From an uncultured virus (IMG/VR IMGVR_UViG_3300037847_005438) (lineage: Duplodnaviria; Heunggongvirae; Uroviricota; Caudoviricetes): 64,000 nt of DNA. The notes below the pieces were generated by a model. It did not search any database. It saw only the letters and a program-made list of their open reading frames with translations, and was not told the origin of the DNA. Location of the stretch: positions 1-64,000 of IMG/VR virus record IMGVR_UViG_3300037847_005438; one strand, 5' to 3'. Position 1 is the stretch's first letter, and every line of letters starts with the position of its first letter. Of the stretch, positions 40,686 to 51,614 are shown in pieces. The translations under genes were made by a program, and so were the position numbers.

Positions 40686-41510
40686 TTAATTGTTTAATCT
40701 TTTTTCTATACTTGTGTATATTTCCATACCTTCATCAGTTTTAAACCAATGCGCTAAAGCAGTGTATGGATGCTCGTCAAAAGGTACTGTCATTAATTTT
40801 CTATCATTAGAAGCCCATAAAAAATTACGATTATCTTGAGATAATTTTAATATACCAAGCTCAACAGCTTTAATACCAAAGTTTCTAAGTTGAACATTAT
40901 CATCAGAAGCTAATTCTAAAAACAAAGCAGGATTTTTCTTAGCAAATAATAATAAATCTCTTTTAATCTCTTTAGAACTCATCTTAGATACACTAGAACC
41001 CATTTCTACACGCATAATAGCTTCTGCAGTATCAATATCTACTGTTTTAGCTATATTTAAAGCTTCTAATTCTAATTCTAATATTTCAAGTTCATCAGCA
41101 GCTTCTACTTCTGGTTTCCACTCTTCAAAAAGTATATTTTTTTGTGGATGATATAAAGATAATAATTTTTGTAAAGTTTGTTTATTTCTAGGAACATGAA
41201 GAGCTCCATTTCTAAAAATAATATGTGCTAATCTTTGATCACCAATCATCTCGTCAACAAAAGGTGTTTTTTGATTTTCACAATATTTTAACTCTCTTTC
41301 ATAACCTTTTTCTTCATCAAAAAAGTATATACCCGCAGATTTAACCATATAAGATAGTGGTCTACGTTTTCTTGTTAAATAATAAACTCTATCTTTTATT
41401 TCCCAAGTTGGTTTTTTAGGTTCAACTTTTTTAGGTTTTGGTGTTTCAACAACTGGTGTTTCAACAACAGGTACCTCTACCTTTTGTTTTGTTTCTNNNN
41501 NNNNNNCCAT
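40686..41510 (-). CDS. conserved head-associated protein following the capsid gene (start interrupted by an N gap)
   Basis: Long ORF; 10 Ns at 41497-41506. Confidence 0.7.
   Translation of the reverse strand: MXXXXETKQKVEVPVVETPVVETPKPKKVEPKKPTWEIKDRVYYLTRKRRPLSYMVKSAGIYFFDEEKGYERELKYCENQKTPFVDEMIGDQRLAHIIFRNGALHVPRNKQTLQKLLSLYHPQKNILFEEWKPEVEAADELEILELELEALNIAKTVDIDTAEAIMRVEMGSSVSKMSSKEIKRDLLLFAKKNPALFLELASDDNVQLRNFGIKAVELGILKLSQDNRNFLWASNDRKLMTVPFDEHPYTALAHWFKTDEGMEIYTSIEKRLNN
41497..41506. other. assembly gap (10 N)
   Basis: Literal Ns in the sequence. Confidence 1.
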
Positions 41511-41535
41511 AATATAATATATAATAAAATTAATA

Positions 41536-41569
41536 AAATAAAAGGCCGAGGCCGAAGCCCCGGTCTTTT
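41536..41569 (-). terminator. intrinsic terminator after the major capsid gene
   Basis: Minus strand AAAAGACCGGGGC-TTCG-GCCTCGGCCTTTTATTTT. Confidence 0.8.
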
Positions 41570-41578
41570 AAAAATAGT

Positions 41579-43072
41579 TTACTTCATTAACATAAAGTTG
41601 TTAGCACCTTGAGTAACTAAACATCTTTCAGTTAACATGTGAATTTGCATTACATCTAAAGCAGATGTAGCAGCACCAACAGAACCAGTAACCCAAGTTT
41701 TCATTCTTCGGTCATCAGTTTGTGAAGCTCTATATCTAATGTGTAAGAAAGGACGTCTAACAGCAGCTCCAACAGTTTGATCATAAACTGAAGAAGATCC
41801 AGCTGGTATAATAACACCTCTTAATGCTTCAGATCCAGCTGTAGCGTTAATACCACCTCTAGTAGCTAAATCATTTAAGTATCTAAAGTCAGACTTGTAG
41901 AAGTCGTAAGAACCTCTTCTAAATCCAGAGAAACCTAAGTTAAGCGCCATATCTTCAGAGTTGTTAAATACTCCGTAAGAAGTACCACCAGCTCCGTAAG
42001 AATTCATTGAAGCTAACATGTCATCAATAGCTAAACTAGTAGCTCTATTAACAAACATCATGTTTTCTTCAATAGCACCTTGCTTATCAAACTCAGCTAA
42101 GATAGCATCAAATTCAGCTAAATCAGTAGCAGCATTAACACCAGTAACACCAGTAGTAACGTTACCTCTTTGCTCAATAGCATAGAATAAGCCTTCAGTA
42201 CCAGCATCACCTTCTGGAGATAAACCTAATTCACCATCAACATTAGTTGAATTGGATCCTGGAACAGACTCAAGCATAGCCATTTCTAAATAATCAGTAA
42301 ATCTAGCTCTAGTATCTGCTTCAGCTTTTAAGTACCATAAATATCCAGAAGCACCACCTTCAGAACTAACTTCTATCCAACCAATTCTACCAGCATCAGA
42401 ACCTGATACTTCGTAGTAATCTTTCATAATGATCGGCTTGTTAGTAAAAGTTTTAAAAGAAGGCTCGTTAGCACCTCTTGTAGATGAACCATCGTAGTTA
42501 TCACCTTTTTTAAACTCAGAACCTATAACTAATAAGGTAGCAGCACCAGCTGTTTCAGAGTGACCAGTTAAATCATCTGCTTCATAATCTCTAAGACCTA
42601 TAGTATTGCCATCAACAGCTACAACTAAACATCTTGATACTTTACCTGGAGTTGAAACTAAAACAATATCGTGGTTTCTAACACCGTGTGCGTCACCTGG
42701 ATTTGAAGCACCAAATCCATCTGCTACAACGTTTCCATCAATATCAGATGTTACTGTGAATTTACCTTTAGTACCTGATGAGCTAACGTTACCATCAACA
42801 TCAAGTGTTCCTTTAAGTGAGATATGTAATCTTGATTGCTCAGACCATATAACTCTATCAGAAGACATTGCTTCTTCTGCACCTACTTGAGCAAGGAAAC
42901 CAGAAATAGTACGAGGTCCAAAGATCTCAGCTTCTTTTTCCATTAACTCAGGTAGATATTGTTGTGCCCAACCTTCAGTTGAAGTGGACGTAAAATCTAC
43001 GTAGTTTGTAGATAGTGCTTGTTGCTGTGAACTTGGAACACTATTTAAACTACCTCCTGCAGTAATTGCCAT
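41579..43072 (-). CDS. major capsid protein
   Basis: 497 aa; follows portal and scaffold; followed by a terminator; WSEQSRLH, FSGFRRGSYDFYK, TERCLVTQGANNF. Confidence 0.85.
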   Translation of the reverse strand: MAITAGGSLNSVPSSQQQALSTNYVDFTSTSTEGWAQQYLPELMEKEAEIFGPRTISGFLAQVGAEEAMSSDRVIWSEQSRLHISLKGTLDVDGNVSSSGTKGKFTVTSDIDGNVVADGFGASNPGDAHGVRNHDIVLVSTPGKVSRCLVVAVDGNTIGLRDYEADDLTGHSETAGAATLLVIGSEFKKGDNYDGSSTRGANEPSFKTFTNKPIIMKDYYEVSGSDAGRIGWIEVSSEGGASGYLWYLKAEADTRARFTDYLEMAMLESVPGSNSTNVDGELGLSPEGDAGTEGLFYAIEQRGNVTTGVTGVNAATDLAEFDAILAEFDKQGAIEENMMFVNRATSLAIDDMLASMNSYGAGGTSYGVFNNSEDMALNLGFSGFRRGSYDFYKSDFRYLNDLATRGGINATAGSEALRGVIIPAGSSSVYDQTVGAAVRRPFLHIRYRASQTDDRRMKTWVTGSVGAATSALDVMQIHMLTERCLVTQGANNFMLMK

Positions 43073-43092
43073 AATTTTGTAATTTTAAATTG

Positions 43093-44271
43093 TTATTTAT
43101 TATTTTTAATTTTAAACTTAAAATCAGAAGAATTATCACCTAAAACTTTTACTTTTATTCCACCAGCTTCTATTTGTCCATGAGCTTGTCTTGGATTCAT
43201 ATCAACATTTTTAGATTTAGCAACACTATTTTTCATAGCGTCAGCTTTACCTTGTTCATAAAAGTGTTTTGCGATAGCATCAGCATTCATTGCTGTAAAT
43301 AAAGATTTATGATAACCCTTAGCGTCTTTTAAAGCTGAATTTTTATCTAAAAACTTTTTAGTAAAATTACTTATATCACTTTGAGTATTTTTAACCTCTT
43401 CAGCATTGTTTACATTAAACCTATATTTTTTATCACCGACATTGTATTCAAAACCTTTGAATTTGTCGTTAAAAACTTGATTAGTTTTTTGTGTAAAAAT
43501 ATCAGAGTTCTTTTTTACTATCTTTTGGTTTGCTTCTGACTCTTTGTTATATCTATTAAAGAAATCCATAGCTTTTTGTTGTTCAGGCGTAAGCTTTGAA
43601 CCAGCTTTAATTTCTTGATAGTATTTGGACTTTTGCCCGTCCAAGTGGCTTCTAGCGCTGGCAACTTGCTCTTTAAACGCTAATTTTTTTCTTTTTATTT
43701 CTCTATCTGTATCTTCTTCTTCATCTATTTGAAAAGAATCTTCCATTAAGAAATTTATTTCATCGTTAGTTAAATGTGGTTTTGTTTGTTTGTAATACTC
43801 ATATAATACATCATCATCATTTAACTTGCTATAATCTTGATTAAGCTTTACATAGTCATTTATATCACCACCAGTTTCTTCCATAAAATCAACTAGCTTT
43901 TGAATATTTTCTGGTAGTGGTTTACCGGTTGCTTCAGCTTCAGCTACAGCTTCTTCAATTTTTTCTTCTACTTCTGCAACTTGTTCTTCAGTAGCTTCTT
44001 CAGTAATTTCTTCTAATACTGCTGTTTCTTCTTGTGCTTCTGCTTCCGGTTGTATTTCTTCTTGTTTTTCTGCGGGCTCGGTGTCTTTAGACTCTGCAGC
44101 CACTCCGCTGTCGTCAGCGTTATTTTCTTTAGTTTCATTTTCTTTTGGTGTTGGTGGTTTATCTAAATTTACTTTTGTAACGTTTTCTTTTTCTTGAGTG
44201 TTTTTAATTTCAACTTTAGTTACATTTTCTTGTGTAGTTTCTTCAACTACGTTTTCTTTGTTTTCTTCCAT
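43093..44271 (-). CDS. capsid scaffolding protein
   Basis: Very acidic disordered N-terminus, helical C-terminus; between portal and capsid genes. Confidence 0.75.
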   Translation of the reverse strand: MEENKENVVEETTQENVTKVEIKNTQEKENVTKVNLDKPPTPKENETKENNADDSGVAAESKDTEPAEKQEEIQPEAEAQEETAVLEEITEEATEEQVAEVEEKIEEAVAEAEATGKPLPENIQKLVDFMEETGGDINDYVKLNQDYSKLNDDDVLYEYYKQTKPHLTNDEINFLMEDSFQIDEEEDTDREIKRKKLAFKEQVASARSHLDGQKSKYYQEIKAGSKLTPEQQKAMDFFNRYNKESEANQKIVKKNSDIFTQKTNQVFNDKFKGFEYNVGDKKYRFNVNNAEEVKNTQSDISNFTKKFLDKNSALKDAKGYHKSLFTAMNADAIAKHFYEQGKADAMKNSVAKSKNVDMNPRQAHGQIEAGGIKVKVLGDNSSDFKFKIKNNK

Positions 44272-44299
44272 AATATAATATAATAATAATTAATAAATT

Positions 44300-46717
44300 T
44301 TATCTAGGCTCAAAAGATTCTAGATTAAAGCTACCACCCATAATATCATTACCTGCAGATTCAAAGTTTTTAGGTGGTTTACCTGTTTTTCTTTGCTCTA
44401 TCATTTCACTTTGTTGTGTAGCTTGTATTTTTGTTCTTTCGTCTTTACGATCTTCTTTTTCTTTTTCTCTTTGTTTTATACCTTGTATTTCAGCATTACG
44501 AAGTTGCATGTTATACTGAAACTCTAAAGCCATTAATTCTTTTTTAAGCGCAGCTTCTTGTTGCATTTTTTGAGCATCTATTTGTGCTTTTATTTGTTCA
44601 AGTTGTGCTTGGCTTTGTGTCATAGCTTGATTTTTCTGCATTTCAACTTGCGCTGCAGCTTGTGCAGATTGTGTATTAGACTGTGTTTGCGCTTGGATAT
44701 TTTCCATTTGCATTTTTCTGTCTTTGTCTTGTTTCTTTTTTCTACGTATTTTTAGAAGTTGATTAGCTAGTTTTATATTTTTTATTTCTCTAAGATCAAT
44801 AGCATCTTCAAGCTCTATACTTTGTTGTTGTAAAGCCATTTGAATATTATTTTCTAATCTAGCTTTCTCTTCTTCGTCTGGTTGTAATTCTATAAATATA
44901 CCAAAATCATATAAGTGTAATTGTTTTATTTCATCTAACGTAGCAACATTATGCGCTCCTATAGCTTGTATAAAAGCATCAGCTGTAGGTGAATACTCTA
45001 ATATATCAGAAACTCTAAGTGATAAACACTCTGCTACTTCCGCTGTTAAATACAAACCTGATTGTAATATATGTCTTGTAGCTGTATTTGAATTAGCTGC
45101 CGCTAATTTTTGAACACCTACTAAAGCATTTTTATCTGGAGTACTACCATCTCTAGCTTCGTTCAACCCGGTTACATCTCTTATCATTTGTAAATAATAA
45201 TTGTAATTAGCAATAAGCGCTTGCATTTTATTACCACCACTACCAGATGTTATTTCTTGTATTGGTACTTTACCAGGGTTCATATCACCTTCTTGCGTAA
45301 ACGATCTACCAATTACACTACCTGTTTGGAAGAACATGTTTAAAGCTTCTTGTGGATTATAATTAGTACCATTACCTAAATCTATTTCAGCTAAACCATC
45401 TGCATCTAAATAAACACCATCAGGTATCATACGTGACAATACTTGTTGTAGTTTTAAATGTGTTAATTGTATCATATCAGCAAAACCTGTTATACGCTTA
45501 ACTAAACTTTCTATTCTACCATCATACATACGTGGAGCACATATAGCGTAGTTCATTTTTACCTTAGTATAATCACTTTTAGGACGAAGCATATTTTTAG
45601 CCATTTCCCATCTAAGTAGTTTATCTGTACCTAAAATTAAAGCTCCTTCATATAAACACTCTACAGATCTTAATAATCTAGAATAACCACCTTCTTTATT
45701 TTCAGGTGGATTAAAATTATCATCTTTAGGTATTACTTTTTCAGCACCAGTACCAGTTTCTTTTATTTTGTAAACTTCATTCATATAAGTTTTATAATTA
45801 AAATATAAAACTTGTATTTTATTATTATCTTCTTTGTCTGAGTTGTATTTACTTCTATTACTGTTCCTATGATAAGATTTGTTTTTCATTATATCTTGTA
45901 AATCACTTTCAGTAAGATGTGGAAATTGTTTTGCTAATTCATTTACTGGTATAGATTTAACTTCACCAACATAATATATATCATCAAAATAAGGAGAGTC
46001 TGTGTAAGAGTATACAAGATTAGCAGGATCAACATAATCTATAGTAACACCTTCTGAAGTGTTAAAGTTTGTTTTAACAGCACCTATACCCAATACAGTT
46101 AAATCATAATAAAAACGTTTTTTAGTTAACTCATATTTATTTCCTTCCATTAAAACATTTAAAGCTTGCTCTTGAGCTAATTCAACAGCTTGCTTATATG
46201 TTAATTGCATATGTATTCCTAACTCTTCTTCTGATCCTGGTAATTCTTCAAGATCAGTTTCTTTAGTGTTTATACCAAACCTAGATTCAACCTCTCTATC
46301 AAACTCTTTCATTTTCATATCAGTAAGAACTTTTTCCATATATTCAGTTCTTTTTTCTACCCCGTTTGGTGATTGAGAAAAAGCTTTTATATCATAAGTT
46401 CTTTCAGCTATACCATTAACAACGATATCTACAAACTTAGGTATAATAGGTACAGGCGTCCAGTCTAAATTTAAATAGGACAAATCACCGTTTATAGATA
46501 ATTCATCCTTATATTTTTGTATTGACTGTTCACCTCTAGCATATAGTCTTAAATTATGAAAGTTATTCATATTGTTTCTATACCTGTTATTATTATAGTC
46601 GTCGTTAAACCACTCAGTCTCTATAGCCCTAGCTACTTTTAAACCATAGTCATAGCTAAGCTTTTCAGCATCACTCACCGTTTGGCTAGGAAAATAACTT
46701 TTACTAGAATATGCCAT
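44300..46717 (-). CDS. portal protein
   Basis: PVPIIPKFVDIVVNG, VTGLNEARDG, long Gln-rich C-terminal coiled coil; follows terminase. Confidence 0.85.
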   Translation of the reverse strand: MAYSSKSYFPSQTVSDAEKLSYDYGLKVARAIETEWFNDDYNNNRYRNNMNNFHNLRLYARGEQSIQKYKDELSINGDLSYLNLDWTPVPIIPKFVDIVVNGIAERTYDIKAFSQSPNGVEKRTEYMEKVLTDMKMKEFDREVESRFGINTKETDLEELPGSEEELGIHMQLTYKQAVELAQEQALNVLMEGNKYELTKKRFYYDLTVLGIGAVKTNFNTSEGVTIDYVDPANLVYSYTDSPYFDDIYYVGEVKSIPVNELAKQFPHLTESDLQDIMKNKSYHRNSNRSKYNSDKEDNNKIQVLYFNYKTYMNEVYKIKETGTGAEKVIPKDDNFNPPENKEGGYSRLLRSVECLYEGALILGTDKLLRWEMAKNMLRPKSDYTKVKMNYAICAPRMYDGRIESLVKRITGFADMIQLTHLKLQQVLSRMIPDGVYLDADGLAEIDLGNGTNYNPQEALNMFFQTGSVIGRSFTQEGDMNPGKVPIQEITSGSGGNKMQALIANYNYYLQMIRDVTGLNEARDGSTPDKNALVGVQKLAAANSNTATRHILQSGLYLTAEVAECLSLRVSDILEYSPTADAFIQAIGAHNVATLDEIKQLHLYDFGIFIELQPDEEEKARLENNIQMALQQQSIELEDAIDLREIKNIKLANQLLKIRRKKKQDKDRKMQMENIQAQTQSNTQSAQAAAQVEMQKNQAMTQSQAQLEQIKAQIDAQKMQQEAALKKELMALEFQYNMQLRNAEIQGIKQREKEKEDRKDERTKIQATQQSEMIEQRKTGKPPKNFESAGNDIMGGSFNLESFEPR

Positions 46718-46719
46718 AT

Positions 46720-48933
46720 TTATTTTATTATTTTTGATGTATTGCCAGTATTTTTATACTTAGAAATACTTATGTTTAATTTAGGTTTTTCTATTTTAGC
46801 ATTTGGCCTGTATAAATGTTTATTATTTGCCATTATAGCTAAACCACTACTTATAGAAGCATCATGCTTTGTTCTTTTGTTTATATCAAATTTAGCCCAG
46901 TCATTTAATAATTCATTAAAATATAAATTACCAAAGCTACCATCTTGATTCATACCTACGTGATCTTGTATATACATTTCAATAGCTGCTGCATGTGCTT
47001 GCTTTATATCTTCACTTGTGTTTGGTATACCACCTATTTCTTTTTCTGCAACAGATAGTTTATTCCAAACTTTATCAGGTCTATTCATACTAAAACCTCT
47101 ATAACCTCTACGTCTTAAATAGTACAAAAGTCGAGGTTTATTATTCTCTGCTAGTATTGGCATTCCGTAAAAAACTAAAGCCATTAAAACATCTTCAAAG
47201 AATATCTCCGCCGTAGGTGGTCTTGATAGGTATTCTAAAAAGAAGCTATTAGCAGGAGCGTCCTCCATGCTGAACTTAGTTAGTCCGTGAAGTGCTCCTT
47301 TAGAACCTTCACCATCTACGGTCCCTGATATATCATAAGAGTCACAACCAAATGCGCCCATATGTTCATTACCAGGGTATCTCACACCATTTTTTAATAT
47401 AACTCTGTTTTGTAATTGTTGAGATGGTACCCAACTAACTTTAAATCTACCTTTTGGATCTGGGTAAAATATTACTTGTGTATCTTTAATACCATTCACC
47501 CATTGAAAATTACCTGTTGTAATTCCTAAAGTTCTAGACATTTCTTCGTTATAATCTATCTGCTCGTATATTTTAACTAAGTTAAATATACTATTTTTTG
47601 TTTCATCTCTAAACGCGTGCTCTTCAGTTCTTGGAAACTGGCGGTAAAATTCATTTAAAGCATCTTGATCATTTTTTAAACCATCAGCTTCATTTTGCCA
47701 GTGATCTATTACACCAACGTCTATTAATTCACCGTCTGGGGCGAGCACATCGACGTCAGGTGTATTAAATACTGGAACTCCGAACTCATCAATAAATCCT
47801 TCGTAGTTCCATTCCATTGGGATAAACAAAGAATAGAGGCCAGACTTAGTTTGACCATTTCTATTTCTTTTAGTGACATCTGATGCGTTGTATAGTTTTT
47901 TAAAATTTTCTCCACCTTTATCTAATGCGTTTGAAGTTGAGCCCATCATACATTTACCTATAATTCTACTACCTAATCGTAAACATGTTTTAGTTACTCT
48001 CCAGTTATTTAATATATTATCAGGTCTTTCCCATTTACCGCTTTCATCATGTACTAATAAGTTTAGCTTTTCACCATCATAACTATTGTCACCAGTATTT
48101 TTCCAGTCAATAGTAGTATCTAATCCTTCTAGTTCTTCTATTTTTTCGTTAGCTGTTATTTTTTTACGAGTAAATTTACTAGCTGGTACTCTATATGCTA
48201 ATTCTGTTTTAGGTCGATCCATACCATCTTGAATCGGTTTAAAGAAAAACGGGTAGTTAATACTAATAGGTACTACTTTATCGGTAAACATTTTCTTAGC
48301 GTCTGCACCTGTTTTAGATAGTATCCCATATCTACTATCACTTGCAAGAGTGGCTAAATTAACTGTTTCAGCAGATGACATAAACGAAAACCCTGATCTT
48401 CTGTTCTTTAGGTAGCACATACCGTAACATCTTTTATCAGCTTTACAAGCTTGCCAAAATATATAGAACAATCTATTTGCCTCTCTAAAATCTGGAGCAC
48501 CTACATCTATCTTACTCCATTGTAAGTACATATAGTGTGTACCTGTTATATATGTTGGTTTACCATTATTATTAAACCAAAAACCTTCTTCTCTACGTTT
48601 AAACTCTTCGTCTATATAATCAAACCATTGTTCTTTTGATTCTTCTGGATAATTTCTCCAATCAAATATATTTTTAAGACGTGATAATTCTTTTGGTTGT
48701 TCTATTCTTGACCACTTATTCCCTTGCAGTTTATGTACTTGCACGGGCACAGATGGTAAAGCAATTTTAAGATTTTGTATTTCATATATTTCACCTATTT
48801 TACCTGTTTTAGATATAACAATTATATCGTGTTCTTTGTTATAACCATACTCCCATTTTTTACCACGATTTAATCTTGTTATCGTAGTCTTTTTAATAGG
48901 CTCTATAACCTTAACTAAACTTTGCTCGTACAT
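46720..48933 (-). CDS. terL: terminase large subunit
   Basis: Walker A-like KNRRSGFS, Walker B LLVHDESG, MMGST coupling motif, nuclease GCDSYD and HDASIS. Confidence 0.88.
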   Translation of the reverse strand: MYEQSLVKVIEPIKKTTITRLNRGKKWEYGYNKEHDIIVISKTGKIGEIYEIQNLKIALPSVPVQVHKLQGNKWSRIEQPKELSRLKNIFDWRNYPEESKEQWFDYIDEEFKRREEGFWFNNNGKPTYITGTHYMYLQWSKIDVGAPDFREANRLFYIFWQACKADKRCYGMCYLKNRRSGFSFMSSAETVNLATLASDSRYGILSKTGADAKKMFTDKVVPISINYPFFFKPIQDGMDRPKTELAYRVPASKFTRKKITANEKIEELEGLDTTIDWKNTGDNSYDGEKLNLLVHDESGKWERPDNILNNWRVTKTCLRLGSRIIGKCMMGSTSNALDKGGENFKKLYNASDVTKRNRNGQTKSGLYSLFIPMEWNYEGFIDEFGVPVFNTPDVDVLAPDGELIDVGVIDHWQNEADGLKNDQDALNEFYRQFPRTEEHAFRDETKNSIFNLVKIYEQIDYNEEMSRTLGITTGNFQWVNGIKDTQVIFYPDPKGRFKVSWVPSQQLQNRVILKNGVRYPGNEHMGAFGCDSYDISGTVDGEGSKGALHGLTKFSMEDAPANSFFLEYLSRPPTAEIFFEDVLMALVFYGMPILAENNKPRLLYYLRRRGYRGFSMNRPDKVWNKLSVAEKEIGGIPNTSEDIKQAHAAAIEMYIQDHVGMNQDGSFGNLYFNELLNDWAKFDINKRTKHDASISSGLAIMANNKHLYRPNAKIEKPKLNISISKYKNTGNTSKIIK

Positions 48934-49211
48934 TACTTAGATCTGCCTTCCGCGAATCCTTTAAAGACTTTTTCCTTTCTCTCTTCAGGTGTTTTTCCCT
49001 CAAGCAAGTTTTTTTCTTCTTGGATTCTGTTAAGTATTTCAAACGCGTCAAATATAGCTAGTTTTTTAGTAGCTGCAGCATTTTTTAATCTATCAGCACT
49101 AACGTCATCTTCGGTGTTAGTAATAATCTTTTCTTTAGCAACGTTAATAAGTTCTTCAACTGCTTTTTGCCCAGCTTGGATTATAAGTTTCTTCGTTTCC
49201 TTGATATTCAT
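48933..49211 (-). CDS. probable terminase small subunit
   Basis: Small helical ORF coupled to terL; start reassigned to MNIKETKK. Confidence 0.5.
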   Translation of the reverse strand: MNIKETKKLIIQAGQKAVEELINVAKEKIITNTEDDVSADRLKNAAATKKLAIFDAFEILNRIQEEKNLLEGKTPEERKEKVFKGFAEGRSK

Positions 49212-49746
49212 ATTTAATTGTAATAAATTTAGATAAAACTCTATATAGTTTTTCGCCGTCAACTATAAATTCGTACTCACTATTTGGTGTAAAGCCTATT
49301 AGATCATTAACGTTTACTGTACCATCTGAGTATTTAACAACGCCTTGTAAAGGCTTTTCTTTTTCAATGTTAAATTTATCTACAGCTTTTAAAGGTTTTA
49401 CAAAACAATAACCTTTTGGTGCTAACCATTTATTTTTTCTTTTATATAAATATATTTGATCGTTAGCTATAAAATATGTAGATTCGTTAAAATAACTTCT
49501 ACTATTTTTTTCTACACCGTACTGATTATGCCATCTACGAAAAACGTTATGGTGCACTATAACTGTATCACCTGGCTTAATATCTGTATTACCAATAATA
49601 GGTGTTGATATAACAATCGCTTCTCTATTTATATATTGATGGTTAAAAATTTCAGTATTAAGTATCAACTCTGAATCACCAACTTTTTTAGTATTGTTAT
49701 ATCTTTCTCCTTTTGGTTTTACAACAAAGTTGTAAACACTTTTCAT
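49156..49746 (-). CDS. tandem GroES-like co-chaperonin domain protein
   Basis: Two GroES-like halves: FVVKP...IKPGDTVIV and CFVKP...GVVKY...EFIVDGEKLYRV. Confidence 0.55.
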   Translation of the reverse strand: MKSVYNFVVKPKGERYNNTKKVGDSELILNTEIFNHQYINREAIVISTPIIGNTDIKPGDTVIVHHNVFRRWHNQYGVEKNSRSYFNESTYFIANDQIYLYKRKNKWLAPKGYCFVKPLKAVDKFNIEKEKPLQGVVKYSDGTVNVNDLIGFTPNSEYEFIVDGEKLYRVLSKFITIKYEYQGNEETYNPSWAKSS

Positions 49747-49967
49747 TAGTACTCTAGATTATATTCTACAGATACAGCCATGTTTTTGTTAAAGTCTTTC
49801 CACGGTAATACATCTTTATTTTTTTTAATATAAATAGAATACTTGTCTTCTTCTTCTAATATATCACAAATAGTATGTCCACCGTAAACTTCTTGACCAA
49901 CAGCATAATGCATAGCATCGTTTTTATAGTCTTTACCTACACTAATCTTTCTTATTAACTTCGCCAT
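49746..49967 (-). CDS. hypothetical protein
   Basis: Coupled ORF in the late operon. Confidence 0.7.
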   Translation of the reverse strand: MAKLIRKISVGKDYKNDAMHYAVGQEVYGGHTICDILEEEDKYSIYIKKNKDVLPWKDFNKNMAVSVEYNLEY

Positions 49968-50244
49968 TTTCTTTTGGATAATTTATTGTACCATCTTGTA
50001 TGTTAATATCTGAAGTACCATATTCTGATTCAAACTTTATTTGCATTTCACCAATTTTTTCTTGCAATAAAGATATTTGATGTAAAAGATTATGTTTTCT
50101 AGTTTCCATACTACCTATTTCCAATTGAGACTTGTTAATGTCGTTAATTGTAGTTTGTACTTCTTTTAATTGCTCTTCTGTAATTTTTTTAGGTTTACTA
50201 AGATCAATTATTTCTTCTTTCTTTTTTGTTTTTGCTTTTGCCAT
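49942..50244 (-). CDS. coiled-coil hypothetical protein
   Basis: Heptad-rich; ends YGTSDINIQDGTI. Confidence 0.7.
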   Translation of the reverse strand: MAKAKTKKKEEIIDLSKPKKITEEQLKEVQTTINDINKSQLEIGSMETRKHNLLHQISLLQEKIGEMQIKFESEYGTSDINIQDGTINYPKENGEVNKKD

Positions 50245-50272
50245 TTTATTTAATTTAAGTTAATTTAATTTG

Positions 50273-50998
50273 TTAAGTTGTAGCAGATAATATAAACTGT
50301 ACAGGGTGTATATTGTATAAATCTTTATTTACAGCACTAACACTAGCACAGTTTTCTGCTAATACAAGATTTGTATCATCCGTAACGCTTTTAACAGTAC
50401 CGATAACTAAATCGTTTTCATCGTGAAGAACGTCTCCAGGTGCAAAATTTACCAAAGCACCTGTAGTTTTAACTACTACCGCCGTAGTGTTAGTAGCTGT
50501 TTCAGTAGCAACTTGAACTGTTGATCTAAAATCAAGAGCGCCTTTTACTATAGCGGCCATATATAAATCTTGTCCTACAGGTATATTTAATCCTGAAGCC
50601 GTTGCTATATTTAAAACATCTAAATCTCCATCGTTAAAAGCGAATGCAGCTTCAGATACATCAAAAAGCACGTGACCTGTTAAATTGTTTTTCCATTGAT
50701 ATGTACTTACACCAGCGTTAACAGTACCTAAGCTAGGTGGAGCAATATCAACGCTTATGCCTCTAGTATCTTCTTTAATTCCACTAGTAGCGAATAGTAA
50801 TTCAAAATCAACCATAGTTTGATCGGCACCGTTCGTACCTCTAATTATAGCTGTTATACCATTTATTTCGACGCCTTTAAAGCCATCGACCTTATGCCAA
50901 TCAAATAGTATATCTTCATCTTGAAAAGCCGCTCCAGCTTGTATACTAGCAGCTATTGTTGGTATTACTTTTGTAGTTGTTTTATTATATAATGCCAT
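50273..50998 (-). CDS. putative structural (beta-rich) protein
   Basis: Composition; FAPGDVL...IGTVKSVTDDTNLVL beta repeat. Confidence 0.55.
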   Translation of the reverse strand: MALYNKTTTKVIPTIAASIQAGAAFQDEDILFDWHKVDGFKGVEINGITAIIRGTNGADQTMVDFELLFATSGIKEDTRGISVDIAPPSLGTVNAGVSTYQWKNNLTGHVLFDVSEAAFAFNDGDLDVLNIATASGLNIPVGQDLYMAAIVKGALDFRSTVQVATETATNTTAVVVKTTGALVNFAPGDVLHDENDLVIGTVKSVTDDTNLVLAENCASVSAVNKDLYNIHPVQFILSATT

Positions 50999-50999
50999 T

Positions 51000-51386
51000 T
51001 TATTTTTTTACTTTTTCAAATGATCGACCACCAAAATAAGCGCCGATCACAGTTATTAATACTAATTGAAGTAAATCAACCCAACTAGATTTAACTTCAA
51101 ACTTTAATGCACCTGCGTCTATAAATATTAATAGCATGGTGCATACTATTAAAAATATTAAAGTCATAGGCCTAACATTTTTACTAAGCCATGAATCGCT
51201 TTTTAAATCTGCTTCCCAACGTGCTGTAATGTTTTTTTCCATTTCAACTTCGTAGTTAGCAATTAATTCTTTTATTTTTCTTTCTGCTTCAAACTTTTCT
51301 TCTTTAGACGTGTGTAAGCTATCTATAACTCCACCTACATTTTTTACTAAATCAGCAGCTCCACCAGATAATAATTTTCCCAACAT
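51000..51386 (-). CDS. holin, GTA 3TM-holin-like
   Basis: DSWLSKNVRP followed by two TM segments and GAYFGGRSFEK. Confidence 0.75.
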   Translation of the reverse strand: MLGKLLSGGAADLVKNVGGVIDSLHTSKEEKFEAERKIKELIANYEVEMEKNITARWEADLKSDSWLSKNVRPMTLIFLIVCTMLLIFIDAGALKFEVKSSWVDLLQLVLITVIGAYFGGRSFEKVKK

Positions 51387-51395
51387 AATTTAATT

Positions 51396-51614
51396 TTATT
51401 TTTTTGCAAATTTTTCTAAACCACTTATACCAAAGCAACCAAGCACTACAAGTACAAATGAATCATATACAAATTCATTTATTATTAAATCTTTACCTAC
51501 ATAACCGGTTACAAGGTCTGCTATCATAATCACACACATTATTGCAAATGCAATAAATCCTACAATAGATTTTTCATTCCAGTCGTTATTATCTTTAAAT
51601 ACTTCCATGCTCAT
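51396..51614 (-). CDS. small two-TM membrane protein (lysis-associated?)
   Basis: Two hydrophobic segments, ends GLEKFAKK; adjacent to the holin. Confidence 0.6.
   Translation of the reverse strand: MSMEVFKDNNDWNEKSIVGFIAFAIMCVIMIADLVTGYVGKDLIINEFVYDSFVLVVLGCFGISGLEKFAKK

Noticed and set aside
41490..41510. Possible frameshift or pseudogene at the start of the post-capsid gene
   Set aside because: The irregularity is a 10-N assembly gap, not biology
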